Part shown: one piece after another, positions 18,075-27,962 of the stretch
Layout: each line of letters begins with the position of its first letter
Position numbering within the stretch: position 1 is the stretch's first letter
Assembly: GCA_964352875.1 (NCBI GenBank)
Contig: CAYGTP010000002.1
Location: forward strand, 4,244-68,243
From: an uncultured Candidatus Saccharibacteria bacterium
GTDB taxonomy: Bacteria; Patescibacteriota; Minisyncoccia; Phycocordibacterales; UBA918
DNA: 64,000 nucleotides
Reading direction: 5' to 3'
Notes under the pieces: generated by a model
What the model saw: only the letters and a program-made list of their open reading frames with translations
Told to the model about the DNA's origin: nothing
Databases searched by the model: none
Translations under genes and position numbers: made by a program

Positions 18075-19121
18075 ATGTTGACTAATCGGATTGTCGAGTA
18101 CGTATTCTTTTTTGGACTGTTAGCGTTTGTAGGATATTTGGTGTGGCAGATTATTGCACCGTTTATGGCCGCGCTCGCGCTGGCGGCTATCATCGTTACT
18201 ATCACGTATCCGCTCTACGAACGAATTATAAAACGTATGCCCTGGCAAAACGCTACCCTCGCAGCGGGACTCACTACATTCTTGGTAGTAGTGGTAATCA
18301 TTTTGCCAGTATTCTTTTTAACTTCTGCGTTGGTGGGTGAGGCAGTGGCTATTTATAAAATTGTGGGCAACGACCAGCAGCTTGGGTTCATTACCATTGT
18401 GCAAGATTTAGAGCAATCAATTCAAGTCTATGCTCCCGCCTTTGAATTAAATGCGACCGAATACCTTCGCCAAGGCGCTGATTGGCTGACTGGAAATTTG
18501 AACGCAATTTTTACCGGGACTGTCTCTACTATTTTTTTGTTTTTTATTGCACTCATTGCGTCGTTTTATTTCTTTCGGGATGGTAGAGATTTTACTAAAG
18601 TGTTGGTTCGAATCAGTCCATTGCCTGACAAAGAAGATGAGCTAATTTTACGACGACTCGCCACAGCAGTACGGTCAGTGGCTACCGGCACCGTCTTAGT
18701 AGCTTTGATTCAAGGTACTCTGACAGCTATTGGATTAGGGATATTTGGGTTTGAACGTGCGATTTTGTGGGGCTCAATAGCTGCCTTGGGAGCATTGATA
18801 CCGAGTGTCGGGACATCAATTGTTTTTGTGCCGTCAGTTTTGTATTTGATACTGACGGGCGATTATTTCGGAGCTGCTGGATTGGCTGCGTGGGGCATCG
18901 TCGCTGTCGGTTTGATAGACAATTTACTCGGTCCGTATTTGATGAGTCGTGGTAGTCCGCAACACCCGTTTATTATTCTATTAGCCGTGCTCGGTGGAAT
19001 TTCGCTATTTGGTCCAATCGGATTCATCGTTGGTCCTGTTGTCATCAGTTTCTTTACCGTGATGCTTGAACTCTATTCGACACATATCGCAGACAACATT
19101 GAAGCTAATCATGTTAAATAA
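18075..19121 (+). CDS. AI-2E family transporter (PerM-like permease)
   Basis: 348-aa multi-TM protein with architecture and motifs of the AI-2E/UPF0118 family. Confidence 0.7.
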   Translation: MLTNRIVEYVFFFGLLAFVGYLVWQIIAPFMAALALAAIIVTITYPLYERIIKRMPWQNATLAAGLTTFLVVVVIILPVFFLTSALVGEAVAIYKIVGNDQQLGFITIVQDLEQSIQVYAPAFELNATEYLRQGADWLTGNLNAIFTGTVSTIFLFFIALIASFYFFRDGRDFTKVLVRISPLPDKEDELILRRLATAVRSVATGTVLVALIQGTLTAIGLGIFGFERAILWGSIAALGALIPSVGTSIVFVPSVLYLILTGDYFGAAGLAAWGIVAVGLIDNLLGPYLMSRGSPQHPFIILLAVLGGISLFGPIGFIVGPVVISFFTVMLELYSTHIADNIEANHVK

Positions 19122-19521
19122 GCACCACATCGAAAAAATTTTAAAGCTCAATGGGGTAGAGCCGAGCTCTCCCGATGGAGACATCAAGTCAGTGCTACTC
19201 CGAGCTCGCTGGAAAGAGGATGATATTGAAACAGCGCTCGTTGTACTCCGAGAAAATAAAGAAACTATGGAACGAAAAATTGATACGTTACATCGTGTTT
19301 TTCATTCAGATGATCACTTGGAACCAGAAATGGTATCGTCGCTTTTAGGAGTTGATATTACTGAAAATCTAAGAAATCACAAAATTAGATACGAACAATC
19401 TCAAGCCAATATGGCACATGCTACTATCGGCATAATTACCGTATCTTTGGTAATTTGTTGTTCCTTATTACTACTCAGTATGTGGATGTGGAAAATTGGA
19501 CCTTTTCATGCAATGTATTAA
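19111..19521 (+). CDS. hypothetical protein with C-terminal TM
   Basis: ORF overlapping the previous stop; C-terminal hydrophobic IGIITVSLVICCSLLLLSMWMW. Confidence 0.35.
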   Translation: MLNKHHIEKILKLNGVEPSSPDGDIKSVLLRARWKEDDIETALVVLRENKETMERKIDTLHRVFHSDDHLEPEMVSSLLGVDITENLRNHKIRYEQSQANMAHATIGIITVSLVICCSLLLLSMWMWKIGPFHAMY

Positions 19522-19530
19522 ACTACCGCG

Positions 19531-20598
19531 GTGGAATTTTTTACATTTATTCTAACGGCTCTTATCGGACTGTTTGCATCAACTGAATCAGCTGCCCTTG
19601 CAACCCGGGGTTATGTGTCTGAATTTATCCCACCTACACCAACCGAAGTGACCACTAGCACCACATCAGTTTCATTTGTGGGGGATGTGCTCCTGGCTCG
19701 TGACGTAGAGTGGCAGTATGTCAAAGACTCAACCTTTGACGCATTTAAATTTGTACGTCAGTCACCGCTTTTTACAGCCGACTATACGGTCGGTAACTTT
19801 GAGGCAGCCATACCAGCGACCCATATACCAACTCCAGTTAATCAAGTGCGCTTTTCTGTCTCAACCACTACAATAGAAAAAGCCAACCTCCCATTTACGC
19901 ACCTGAGTCTTGCCAATAACCATTCGTTTGATCATGGTTTGGAAGCGTATCAAAATACTCGTACAGTCTTGGCAGACGCTGGAATTACATCATTTGGACA
20001 CCCAAACGAGACTAACGATACATCGGTTTCGTATATTGAACATAACGGTAATACCATCAGTATTATTGGTCTGCATACCTTTCTGAGACCGCTTGATCCT
20101 GGGCAACTTGAACCATACCTACAAGAAATGCGGGAGCAGAGTGATATACAAATTGCGTATGTTCACGATGGTCAAGAATATAAGCTCACCCCAGTTTTGA
20201 CTCAAGAGCGATTTGCCAGATATTTGATTGAACAGGGAATCGACGTATATATTGGTCATCACCCACACGTAGTACAGTCGATTGATTGGTATCAGGATCG
20301 ACCAATTTTTTATTCCTTAGGCAACTTTGTCTTTGATCAGTACTTTTCAACTCCTGTCCAGCAAGGGCTGGGGTTAGTAGTGCAGTTACATAATGAGCGA
20401 GTTTCAATTGCTTTACATCCAATTTCATCTATCGACAGTAAAGCGACGCCGTATCTAATGGACGCTAAAGCAAAAAATCAATTCCTTAGTACACTCGCTC
20501 TGCGTAGTACGAGTACTTTAAATGCGGCTGTAAATAAGGGTATAGTGAGTTTTACCCTTGCATCTAGCAGTCAAAACGCTATGATGGGCATTCAATAA
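19531..20598 (+). CDS. CapA/PgsA-family metallophosphatase-like protein
   Basis: Signal peptide, then GHHPHVVQS and LGNFVFDQ motifs of the CapA family. Confidence 0.65.
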   Translation: MEFFTFILTALIGLFASTESAALATRGYVSEFIPPTPTEVTTSTTSVSFVGDVLLARDVEWQYVKDSTFDAFKFVRQSPLFTADYTVGNFEAAIPATHIPTPVNQVRFSVSTTTIEKANLPFTHLSLANNHSFDHGLEAYQNTRTVLADAGITSFGHPNETNDTSVSYIEHNGNTISIIGLHTFLRPLDPGQLEPYLQEMREQSDIQIAYVHDGQEYKLTPVLTQERFARYLIEQGIDVYIGHHPHVVQSIDWYQDRPIFYSLGNFVFDQYFSTPVQQGLGLVVQLHNERVSIALHPISSIDSKATPYLMDAKAKNQFLSTLALRSTSTLNAAVNKGIVSFTLASSSQNAMMGIQ

Positions 20599-20604
20599 CT
20601 ATAT

Positions 20605-21138
20605 ATGGTAAATCGATTTGAATTTTTTGGAATTGCCCTCAGTATCATTGCGATGGCTGGAGCATTGTGGCTTATTAATCTACAAGAGAATACTGGCCAA
20701 GTAGCCAGTGTAGTGACTGCAACTGACGTTGATCCAATTGTTGTGGTTGGAGGTGAACGAACTGATGCAGATATCGCAGATGCGGTGGTCGATGCTTCGA
20801 GTGTCAATGGAGACTTGCAAAAGCTCATTGTTGACGACGTAGTGGCCGGGAACGGGGCAGCAGCGACTTCGGGCGACACCGTAACAGTAAATTACATCGG
20901 TACGCTGCAGAATGGTCAAGAGTTTGATAACTCATATAAACGGGGTGCACCATTTACCTTTACTCTCGGAGAAGGCAAAGTCATTGCTGGTTGGGAACAA
21001 GGTCTTGAAGGGATGCAAGTCGGTGGACAGCGCATCCTCGTGATCCCATCTGATTTAGCGTATGGTGACAGTGGTTATGGTCCGATTCCGGGTGGGGCAA
21101 CACTGGTGTTTGCTGTTGAACTACTAGCAATTGAGTAA
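20605..21138 (+). CDS. FKBP-type peptidyl-prolyl cis-trans isomerase (membrane-anchored)
   Basis: GDTVTVNYIGTLQNGQEFDNSY...FTLGEGKVIAGWEQGLEGMQVGGQR is a canonical FKBP domain. Confidence 0.8.
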   Translation: MVNRFEFFGIALSIIAMAGALWLINLQENTGQVASVVTATDVDPIVVVGGERTDADIADAVVDASSVNGDLQKLIVDDVVAGNGAAATSGDTVTVNYIGTLQNGQEFDNSYKRGAPFTFTLGEGKVIAGWEQGLEGMQVGGQRILVIPSDLAYGDSGYGPIPGGATLVFAVELLAIE

Positions 21139-21423
21139 AATTACTTCGTCTACTTTGTCAGACTACGAAAAAATCTCCTCACCGTACACTTGTACGACTC
21201 GTCAATTTTCTCTTGTCTTCCTCGTATCCAAAGCAATTTAATGCAATTGCTTTGGTAGAACACCAGCACTAAGCAACGACCACACTGCCGTTTGGCGAGC
21301 ATCAGCAGGCCAAAAGTTCGGACTTTTGTTCGCAAAAGTTTTGGCCGAAGCCGCAGTGCCAGACCGTCGGAGGCTGGCACGTTCGTCAGATGGCAGTATG
21401 GTTGATGCGTTATCTAAGTAAAT

Positions 21424-22635
21424 ATGACCAAACCTATTACTTTCGAAATCACTCACTATAAACCAAACTCGTTAGCCCGGGCTGGTGTTATTCATACTCC
21501 CCATGGTGATATCGAAACTCCAGCCTTTGTAACCGTGGGTACCAAAGGTACGGTTAAATCATTAAAATCTGACGACTTACTGAATCTCGTCGGTACCCAG
21601 GTAGCACTGGCTAATACCTACCACCTCTATCTGCAACCAGGACATGATGTAATCAAAGAAGCTGGTGGACTGCACCAGTTTGCTAACTGGCAATTACCGA
21701 CCATGACAGACAGTGGTGGCTTTCAAGTTTTCTCGCTTGGAGCAGCGTTTGGAAAAGGAGTGACTAAGTTTGCCAAAGGTGACGTAACCGCTGACGAAAA
21801 AGCCGGCCTAAATGTCTACAGCAAAGAAATTGCCTCCGAACACGGCAAACTATGTATAATTGATGAAGATGGAGTAACGTTTACGTCCCATATTGATGGT
21901 TCAATGCATCGCTTTACTGCTGAGCGCTCAATCGAAATTCAGCACGCTATTGGGGCAGATATTATTATTGCTTTTGACGAGTGCACCAGTCCGTCTGCTG
22001 ACTACGAATACCAAAAAGAAGCTATGGACCGGACCCATCGCTGGGCTAAACGCAGTGTCTTGGCCCACAAGCAAAACTACGACGCGCTCAAGAAGCAAGG
22101 TCTCTACGGCGTGGTCCAGGGCGGTCGATTCTTAGATTTACGGACTGAAAGTGCCAAGGTACTGTCCGGGATGGACTTTGACGGTTTTGGTATTGGTGGC
22201 AGCTTCAGTAAAGACGACCTTGGTGACGCACTTCGTGTCGTCAACGAAGTCTTGCCAGAAGAGAAGCCACGTCACTTGCTTGGTATTGGAGAGCCTGAAG
22301 ATATTGTGAAGGGAGTGTTGATGGGTTGTGATACGTTTGATTGTGTGGCACCAACTAGACTCGGTCGGACCGGCACCATTTATGCTGAAACTGGCCAGCT
22401 CAATGACCTTGGCTTACCAACCTATACAAAAATCAATTTATTGAACAGCAAATACCAACGAGACTTTTCGCTCCTTGATGCGAGTGATAGCCCAATTGCG
22501 ACCATATATAGCAAAGCATATTTAGCTCACTTATTTCGCAGCCAGGAGATGCTCGGACCGCATCTGGCCAGTTTGCATAACCTTTGGACGATTGTGAACT
22601 TTACAAAACGTCTGCGTGTGAGTATTCTTGGCTGA
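21424..22635 (+). CDS. tgt: queuine/tRNA-guanine transglycosylase
   Basis: TPAFVTVGTKGTVK, MTDSGGFQVFSL and GIGEPEDI motifs. Confidence 0.85.
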   Translation: MTKPITFEITHYKPNSLARAGVIHTPHGDIETPAFVTVGTKGTVKSLKSDDLLNLVGTQVALANTYHLYLQPGHDVIKEAGGLHQFANWQLPTMTDSGGFQVFSLGAAFGKGVTKFAKGDVTADEKAGLNVYSKEIASEHGKLCIIDEDGVTFTSHIDGSMHRFTAERSIEIQHAIGADIIIAFDECTSPSADYEYQKEAMDRTHRWAKRSVLAHKQNYDALKKQGLYGVVQGGRFLDLRTESAKVLSGMDFDGFGIGGSFSKDDLGDALRVVNEVLPEEKPRHLLGIGEPEDIVKGVLMGCDTFDCVAPTRLGRTGTIYAETGQLNDLGLPTYTKINLLNSKYQRDFSLLDASDSPIATIYSKAYLAHLFRSQEMLGPHLASLHNLWTIVNFTKRLRVSILG

Positions 22636-22672
22636 AGTAGTCACGGAGGGAAAGACATACGGAGGGAAAGAC

Positions 22673-22852
22673 ATGATGACTATCGTATTCACACTTGCGA
22701 CACTGTTCTTTATGATGTTGACCAGTGTTTTCGTATACGTGTCGAGGATCGACACGTTGAGATACACCGAGGATGGTGAGACTGCGAAGGATGTGGCATT
22801 GGTGCTGGGGGTAGTGACGCTCATCTGCGGCACTATCTCCTACTTTGGTTAA
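22673..22852 (+). CDS. small membrane protein (59 aa)
   Basis: MMTIVFTLATLFFMMLTSVFVYV...; GGAGGG 9 nt upstream; rho-independent terminator AACGGGCGC-TACG-GCGCCCGTT at 22853-22880. Confidence 0.4.
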   Translation: MMTIVFTLATLFFMMLTSVFVYVSRIDTLRYTEDGETAKDVALVLGVVTLICGTISYFG

Positions 22853-22916
22853 TCAACGGGCGCTACGGCGCCCGTTTCGACTTTTTATATTCTAAGTCTC
22901 GCGGTATAGTTAGCGC

Positions 22917-24935
22917 GTGAATTTTAAAATTTCAACTGAAAAAACTCCAGCCGGGGACCAGCCAAAAGCGATTGAGACACTAGTGGCAGGGTACGAAGCG
23001 GGTATGCAGCATCAGACTTTGATGGGGGTGACTGGCTCTGGTAAAACGTTTACCGCCGCCAACGTTATTCAGCATGTGCAGAAACCAACGCTCGTGATCG
23101 CCCACAACAAAACGCTTGCTGCCCAGCTCGCCCAAGAATACCGGGATTTCTTCCCTGATAACGCTGTGCATTATTTTGTTTCGTACTACGACTACTACCA
23201 ACCAGAAGCCTACGTATCAGTCTCTGACACCTATATTGAAAAGGAAGCGCAGATCAATGAAGAAATTGACCGACTACGCCATGCGTCGACCCAAGCGCTG
23301 TTGACCCGTGATGATGTGATTATCGTAGCGTCTGTATCGTGCATTTATGGATTGGGTTCGCCGGAACAATACGAAAAAGTGCACAAGAAAATTGAACGAG
23401 GATTTACCTCATCTCGAGCCGAGATGCTCCGTTTCTTGGTCAATATGTACTTTGAACGTACAAATGCCGATTTGACCCCAGGGCACTTTAGGGCCGTCGG
23501 TAATACGGTGGAAATTATGCCGACCAATGAACGGGTGATTTACCGGCTTGGCTTTTCTGGTGATAGCGTTAGCAGTATCACAAAGATTGATGGGGTATCT
23601 CGACAAATTATTGAAGAACCTGAGGTTTTCTATTTGTTTCCAGCCAAGCACTTTGTTACTCCAGAAGAGGAGCGCAAGCGAGCAATTGCTGATATTCAAG
23701 CCGAGCTTGATGAGCAGTTGAAGAAATTTAAGCAAGAAGGCAAGCTGCTTGAGGCTGAACGACTAAAGCGTCGCACCCAACATGACTTAGCGTTGATTCG
23801 TGAGATTGGTTTTTGCCAGGGGATAGAGAACTACTCACGGCATTTTGATGGACGAAAACCAGGCGAAGCGCCCTACACACTCTTATCATATTTCCCGCAC
23901 ACCGACGACGGTAAACCTGACTTCTTAACTATCATCGACGAATCACATGTTGCCATCCCACAAATTGGGGGGATGTATGCCGGTGACCGATCACGAAAAA
24001 ACAATTTAGTAGAATTTGGCTTTCGGCTTCCGTCAGCCGTTGATAACCGACCACTCAATTTTGAAGAATTTGAAGATCGGGTTGGGCAGCGTATCTACAC
24101 CTCAGCGACTCCGGGTAAGTATGAATTTGAGAGAGCGGATGGTAAGGTTGGCCAAATCGTCGAACAAATCATCCGCCCAACTGGTCTTATTGATCCCGAA
24201 ATAGACGTTCGTCCGATTGTACAAACTGGTGATTATCCAGGACAAGTTAAAGACTTTATTACAGAAGCTGAAAAGATAATCAACGGTGGAGCCCGCGTCT
24301 TAGTAACAACGTTAACTAAAAAAATGGCTGAAGACTTAGCCGATTTCTTGGAAGAACGTCAGATAAAATCCAAATATATACACAGTGATGTGCAAACCTT
24401 GGAACGGATTGAGATTTTAACTGATTTTCGCAAAGGAAACTTTGACTGCTTGGTTGGAGTAAACTTGTTGCGAGAAGGACTCGATTTACCAGAGGTAGAG
24501 TTGGTGGCTATTATGGACGCTGACAAAGAAGGATTTTTACGGAGTGAAACATCATTAATACAGACTATTGGCCGGGCAGCTCGTAACGTGAATGGGCGAG
24601 TGGTCCTCTATGCGGACGAAATGACCGGTTCACTTGAGAAGGCAATTGGTGAAACCAACAGACGCCGAGCGATTCAGCTGGCTTATAATATAAAACATGG
24701 CATTACACCAAAGACGATAGCTAAAGAAATCAGATCGATTGCTGATCAGATGCGGACAGAGCATCAGGAGACAGTACAAACCTTGCTTGTTGTGGACAAA
24801 GAGCTCTACAAAAAGAATCCTCAAAAAGTTATGAAAGAAAAACGTGCTGCCATGGCCGAAGCAGTAAAACTACTTGATTTTGAAACTGCCGCTATTCTTC
24901 GCGACGAAATTCGCGCACTAGAATCAATTAAATAG
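22917..24935 (+). CDS. uvrB: excinuclease ABC subunit B
   Basis: PAGDQPKAIETL, GVTGSGKT, helicase motifs and C-terminal UVR-like helix; GTG start. Confidence 0.9.
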   Translation: MNFKISTEKTPAGDQPKAIETLVAGYEAGMQHQTLMGVTGSGKTFTAANVIQHVQKPTLVIAHNKTLAAQLAQEYRDFFPDNAVHYFVSYYDYYQPEAYVSVSDTYIEKEAQINEEIDRLRHASTQALLTRDDVIIVASVSCIYGLGSPEQYEKVHKKIERGFTSSRAEMLRFLVNMYFERTNADLTPGHFRAVGNTVEIMPTNERVIYRLGFSGDSVSSITKIDGVSRQIIEEPEVFYLFPAKHFVTPEEERKRAIADIQAELDEQLKKFKQEGKLLEAERLKRRTQHDLALIREIGFCQGIENYSRHFDGRKPGEAPYTLLSYFPHTDDGKPDFLTIIDESHVAIPQIGGMYAGDRSRKNNLVEFGFRLPSAVDNRPLNFEEFEDRVGQRIYTSATPGKYEFERADGKVGQIVEQIIRPTGLIDPEIDVRPIVQTGDYPGQVKDFITEAEKIINGGARVLVTTLTKKMAEDLADFLEERQIKSKYIHSDVQTLERIEILTDFRKGNFDCLVGVNLLREGLDLPEVELVAIMDADKEGFLRSETSLIQTIGRAARNVNGRVVLYADEMTGSLEKAIGETNRRRAIQLAYNIKHGITPKTIAKEIRSIADQMRTEHQETVQTLLVVDKELYKKNPQKVMKEKRAAMAEAVKLLDFETAAILRDEIRALESIK

Positions 24936-25008
24936 TTAGCCACAACCAAGGTGTCTAGTTTTAGATCAGCCTGGTACACTGTAGTTATTACTGTGATAAT
25001 TTCTATAT

Positions 25009-26226
25009 ATGTTTGAAGCTGGAGTTGGAATTGCTGATGGAAGTGACGAATATGCAGTTGGGGTAAAAGCAGCCTCTGATGCAATGGCAAAATTGCAGGA
25101 AAAGCAAGTTGATGCAAAAGCTAATGTCGCTATTGTCTTTGCCTCGTCAAAATACAATCATAGTACAGTATTGTCTGGGATAGAGTCTGTGGTCGGCCCA
25201 GACACCAAGATTGTCGGCGCTAGTACAGCCGGCGAAATCACTCAAGCTGGACCATCGATACGTGAATCTGTAGTTGTGATGGTGTTGGCCTCTGATTCAG
25301 TGCAGTTTGCTAGCACCTATAGCGAAAATATTCATACTACTTCACATGAAGCTGGTATACATTTAGCTCAAGAAATTAAAACGGCATTACATGAACCACA
25401 ACTCATTACTATGTTTGCCGATGGTCTTCGCGGCAATGGTTCAGCTATTATTCGAGGTATTTTGGAAGTATGTGGGGACAACTTTCCAGTGGTGGGTGGT
25501 TCAGCTGGCGACGATGGAAAATTTGAAAAAACCTTCCAATTTCATGGTACTGATGTACGTTCCAACTCTGTGACCGGACTTGGATTTGCTGGCCCAGTAG
25601 ATTTTTCAGTGGGGGTCAATCACGGCTGGAGCGCGGTTGGGGCGGCTAGAACTGTTACTGACTCAGATGGTGCTACGGTCAAGACTATTGACGGTAAACC
25701 AGCGTTTGAACTATACAAAGATTATTTGGGAGATGAAGCTGATAATCTAAAGCAATATACACTCGGTGAAATTGCACTTTCCTACCCACTTGGGATTTTG
25801 GACGAAGCGTCCGGTGAAGTCTTATTGCGGGCACCTTTTGCCGTTGATGACAATGGCGCCATTGTATGCGGTGGGGAAGTGGCAGTAGGATCTAAGGTAC
25901 AGCTTATGATGGGAACTAAAGAAGATGCGATTGTAGCAGCTAAAAAAGCCGCGACGGTAGCCAAGGCAGGGTTTGTTGGCGACCATATCAGCGCCGCTTT
26001 AATCTTTAGTTGTCACGTTCGTAATACATTGTTTGCAAACAGTGATGCGGCCAAGGGCGAAGTTGATGCCATTAGCCAGGTTATTGGAGTAGACGTCCCA
26101 TTGATTGGCTTTTACACGTATGCTGAACAAGCACCGGTTGGAGGCACTGCTCACAACATAAAAAATTGCAATCCAGAATTTCACAACGAGACAGTGGTTG
26201 TGGTGTTGTTGGGAGAAACAAAATAA
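25009..26226 (+). CDS. FIST sensory domain protein (FIST_N + FIST_C)
   Basis: NVAIVFASSKY...IVGASTAGEI and C-terminal FIST_C-like segment; 3-nt gap to the downstream kinase. Confidence 0.65.
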   Translation: MFEAGVGIADGSDEYAVGVKAASDAMAKLQEKQVDAKANVAIVFASSKYNHSTVLSGIESVVGPDTKIVGASTAGEITQAGPSIRESVVVMVLASDSVQFASTYSENIHTTSHEAGIHLAQEIKTALHEPQLITMFADGLRGNGSAIIRGILEVCGDNFPVVGGSAGDDGKFEKTFQFHGTDVRSNSVTGLGFAGPVDFSVGVNHGWSAVGAARTVTDSDGATVKTIDGKPAFELYKDYLGDEADNLKQYTLGEIALSYPLGILDEASGEVLLRAPFAVDDNGAIVCGGEVAVGSKVQLMMGTKEDAIVAAKKAATVAKAGFVGDHISAALIFSCHVRNTLFANSDAAKGEVDAISQVIGVDVPLIGFYTYAEQAPVGGTAHNIKNCNPEFHNETVVVVLLGETK

Positions 26227-26229
26227 CCC

Positions 26230-27057
26230 ATGAGCGAAACCGAGACATTACAAAACCGGATTGCAGAGCTGGAAGCCGAACTCAAGAGTATGGATAAAAG
26301 CGCTCAAATGCTCGTACGCCGCGATCTTGAACTACGTCGAGCCAATGGTCGCTTGCAAGCACTCGACAGTGCCAAATCAGAATTTGTCTCAATCGCAGCC
26401 CACCAGATGCGCACGCCACTTTCGGCTATAAAATGGTCACAACAAATGCTCTATGACGAAGAGCTTGGACCGTTGACGGTAGAACAAAAACAAATGGTTT
26501 CGCAAACTAGTAAAAGCGCGACTAGACTCATACGTCTAGTGAACAACTTGTTAGACGCAGATCATTTAGAAGTAGGTCGGGCTCAATACGATACAACAGA
26601 AGTTGACCTGATTGTGGTATTGCAAGAAATTATCACTGATTTGCAATCGGCAGCTCAAGAAAAAAAGATTGATATAAAATTATTAGTAGATCGAGAAATC
26701 CCGTTACTGCATTTTAATCGGGAACGACTAAAGGACATTTTCTTTAATTTAGTCGATAATGCTATTAAATATACTCCGGCTACTGGTACTATAACTATTC
26801 AAGCTACTCCAGTTAGTGGGGTGACGGTTATGGTGTCAGATACAGGCATTGGTGTACCTGAGATTCACAAGGAGAAGCTGTTCAGTCGCTTTGCTCGAGC
26901 CGAAAACGCCAAGCGGGTAGATGCTGATGGTTCCGGGTTGGGACTATACATTGTTAAGAAGATTATTGAAGCTAACGACGGTACTATCACTTGTGATAGT
27001 ACCGAAGGAGTTGGTACGCGGTTTACTATCAATCTGCCAAACGTTGTGCAGAAATGA
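26230..27057 (+). CDS. cytoplasmic sensor histidine kinase (coiled coil, HisKA, HATPase_c)
   Basis: H-box SIAAHQMRTPL; N, G1 and G2 boxes (DNAIKYT, DTGIGV, GSGLGL); no TM. Confidence 0.8.
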   Translation: MSETETLQNRIAELEAELKSMDKSAQMLVRRDLELRRANGRLQALDSAKSEFVSIAAHQMRTPLSAIKWSQQMLYDEELGPLTVEQKQMVSQTSKSATRLIRLVNNLLDADHLEVGRAQYDTTEVDLIVVLQEIITDLQSAAQEKKIDIKLLVDREIPLLHFNRERLKDIFFNLVDNAIKYTPATGTITIQATPVSGVTVMVSDTGIGVPEIHKEKLFSRFARAENAKRVDADGSGLGLYIVKKIIEANDGTITCDSTEGVGTRFTINLPNVVQK

Positions 27058-27094
27058 TTATTTTGCCTGCAAATACAGTATAATAATAAACAAT

Positions 27095-27913
27095 ATGTCA
27101 GGAAAAGTACTCGAAAAAAAGAAAATTGTATTGATAGAAGATAACTTGTTTTTGTCAGATATCATTACCAAAAAACTTGAGTATCACGGTGCAAAGATAA
27201 TCAGATTTTCAAATGGACTTGAAGGACTCGCAGGTATCAGAAAAGAGCAGCCAGATTTAGTGTTATTAGATATTGCAATGCCAGTAATGAATGGCTATGA
27301 AGTATTGCAAGTCATGTATGCAGAAAAACTCACAGAAAAAATTCCAGTGATTGTCATTTCTAATTCTGGTCAACCAGTTGAAATTGAACGGGTAAAACAA
27401 CTAGGTGTTCGTGACTATTTGGTAAAAGCTAATTTTGAACCGACGGAAGTTTTAGAAAAGGTATTTGCGGTCATGAATATTGAGTCTGGTGCAAAACCTG
27501 CTTTTGAAACCAACCACGAATCCCAATCAGGTGACAAAGTAGTAAAAGTGATGGTGGTAGAAGATGACCCGTTACTCCGTAACTTATTGTCAGTAAAACT
27601 ATCAAAATCAGGTTGTCCCCACATGTTTAGTAGCGACGGATCAGAGGCATTTTCAATGATTTCTCAATACCAACCAACGGTGATTGTGTTAGACATGATG
27701 CTCCCGGGTAAAACAGGACTAGAAATTCTAGCTGAACTCAAAGCTGATGCAGCTTTAAAAAATATTCCTGTGGTAATTTTTTCAAACAAAAGTGATGACG
27801 CGGACAAGATAAAAGCCAAAGAACTTGGAGCTGAACAGTATTATGTAAAAGCTATGACTGACCTAACCGAATTTGTGACTGAGCTGCGATCCATTGCACA
27901 GAGTACACAGTAA
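27095..27913 (+). CDS. tandem-receiver (REC-REC) response regulator without output domain
   Basis: Two CheY-like domains (IVLIEDN...LLDIAMPVMNG and VMVVEDDP...VLDMMLPGKTG). Confidence 0.8.
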   Translation: MSGKVLEKKKIVLIEDNLFLSDIITKKLEYHGAKIIRFSNGLEGLAGIRKEQPDLVLLDIAMPVMNGYEVLQVMYAEKLTEKIPVIVISNSGQPVEIERVKQLGVRDYLVKANFEPTEVLEKVFAVMNIESGAKPAFETNHESQSGDKVVKVMVVEDDPLLRNLLSVKLSKSGCPHMFSSDGSEAFSMISQYQPTVIVLDMMLPGKTGLEILAELKADAALKNIPVVIFSNKSDDADKIKAKELGAEQYYVKAMTDLTEFVTELRSIAQSTQ

Positions 27914-27914
27914 C

Positions 27915-27938
27915 TGTCTATAACACAGATTATAGACA
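27915..27938. promoter_or_regulatory. palindrome TGTCTATAA-N6-TTATAGACA upstream of the surface-protein gene
   Basis: 9-bp perfect inverted arms, 25 nt before the ATG at 27963, no T-run. Confidence 0.4.
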
Positions 27939-27962
27939 ACTGTACACGGTATACTATTATCA

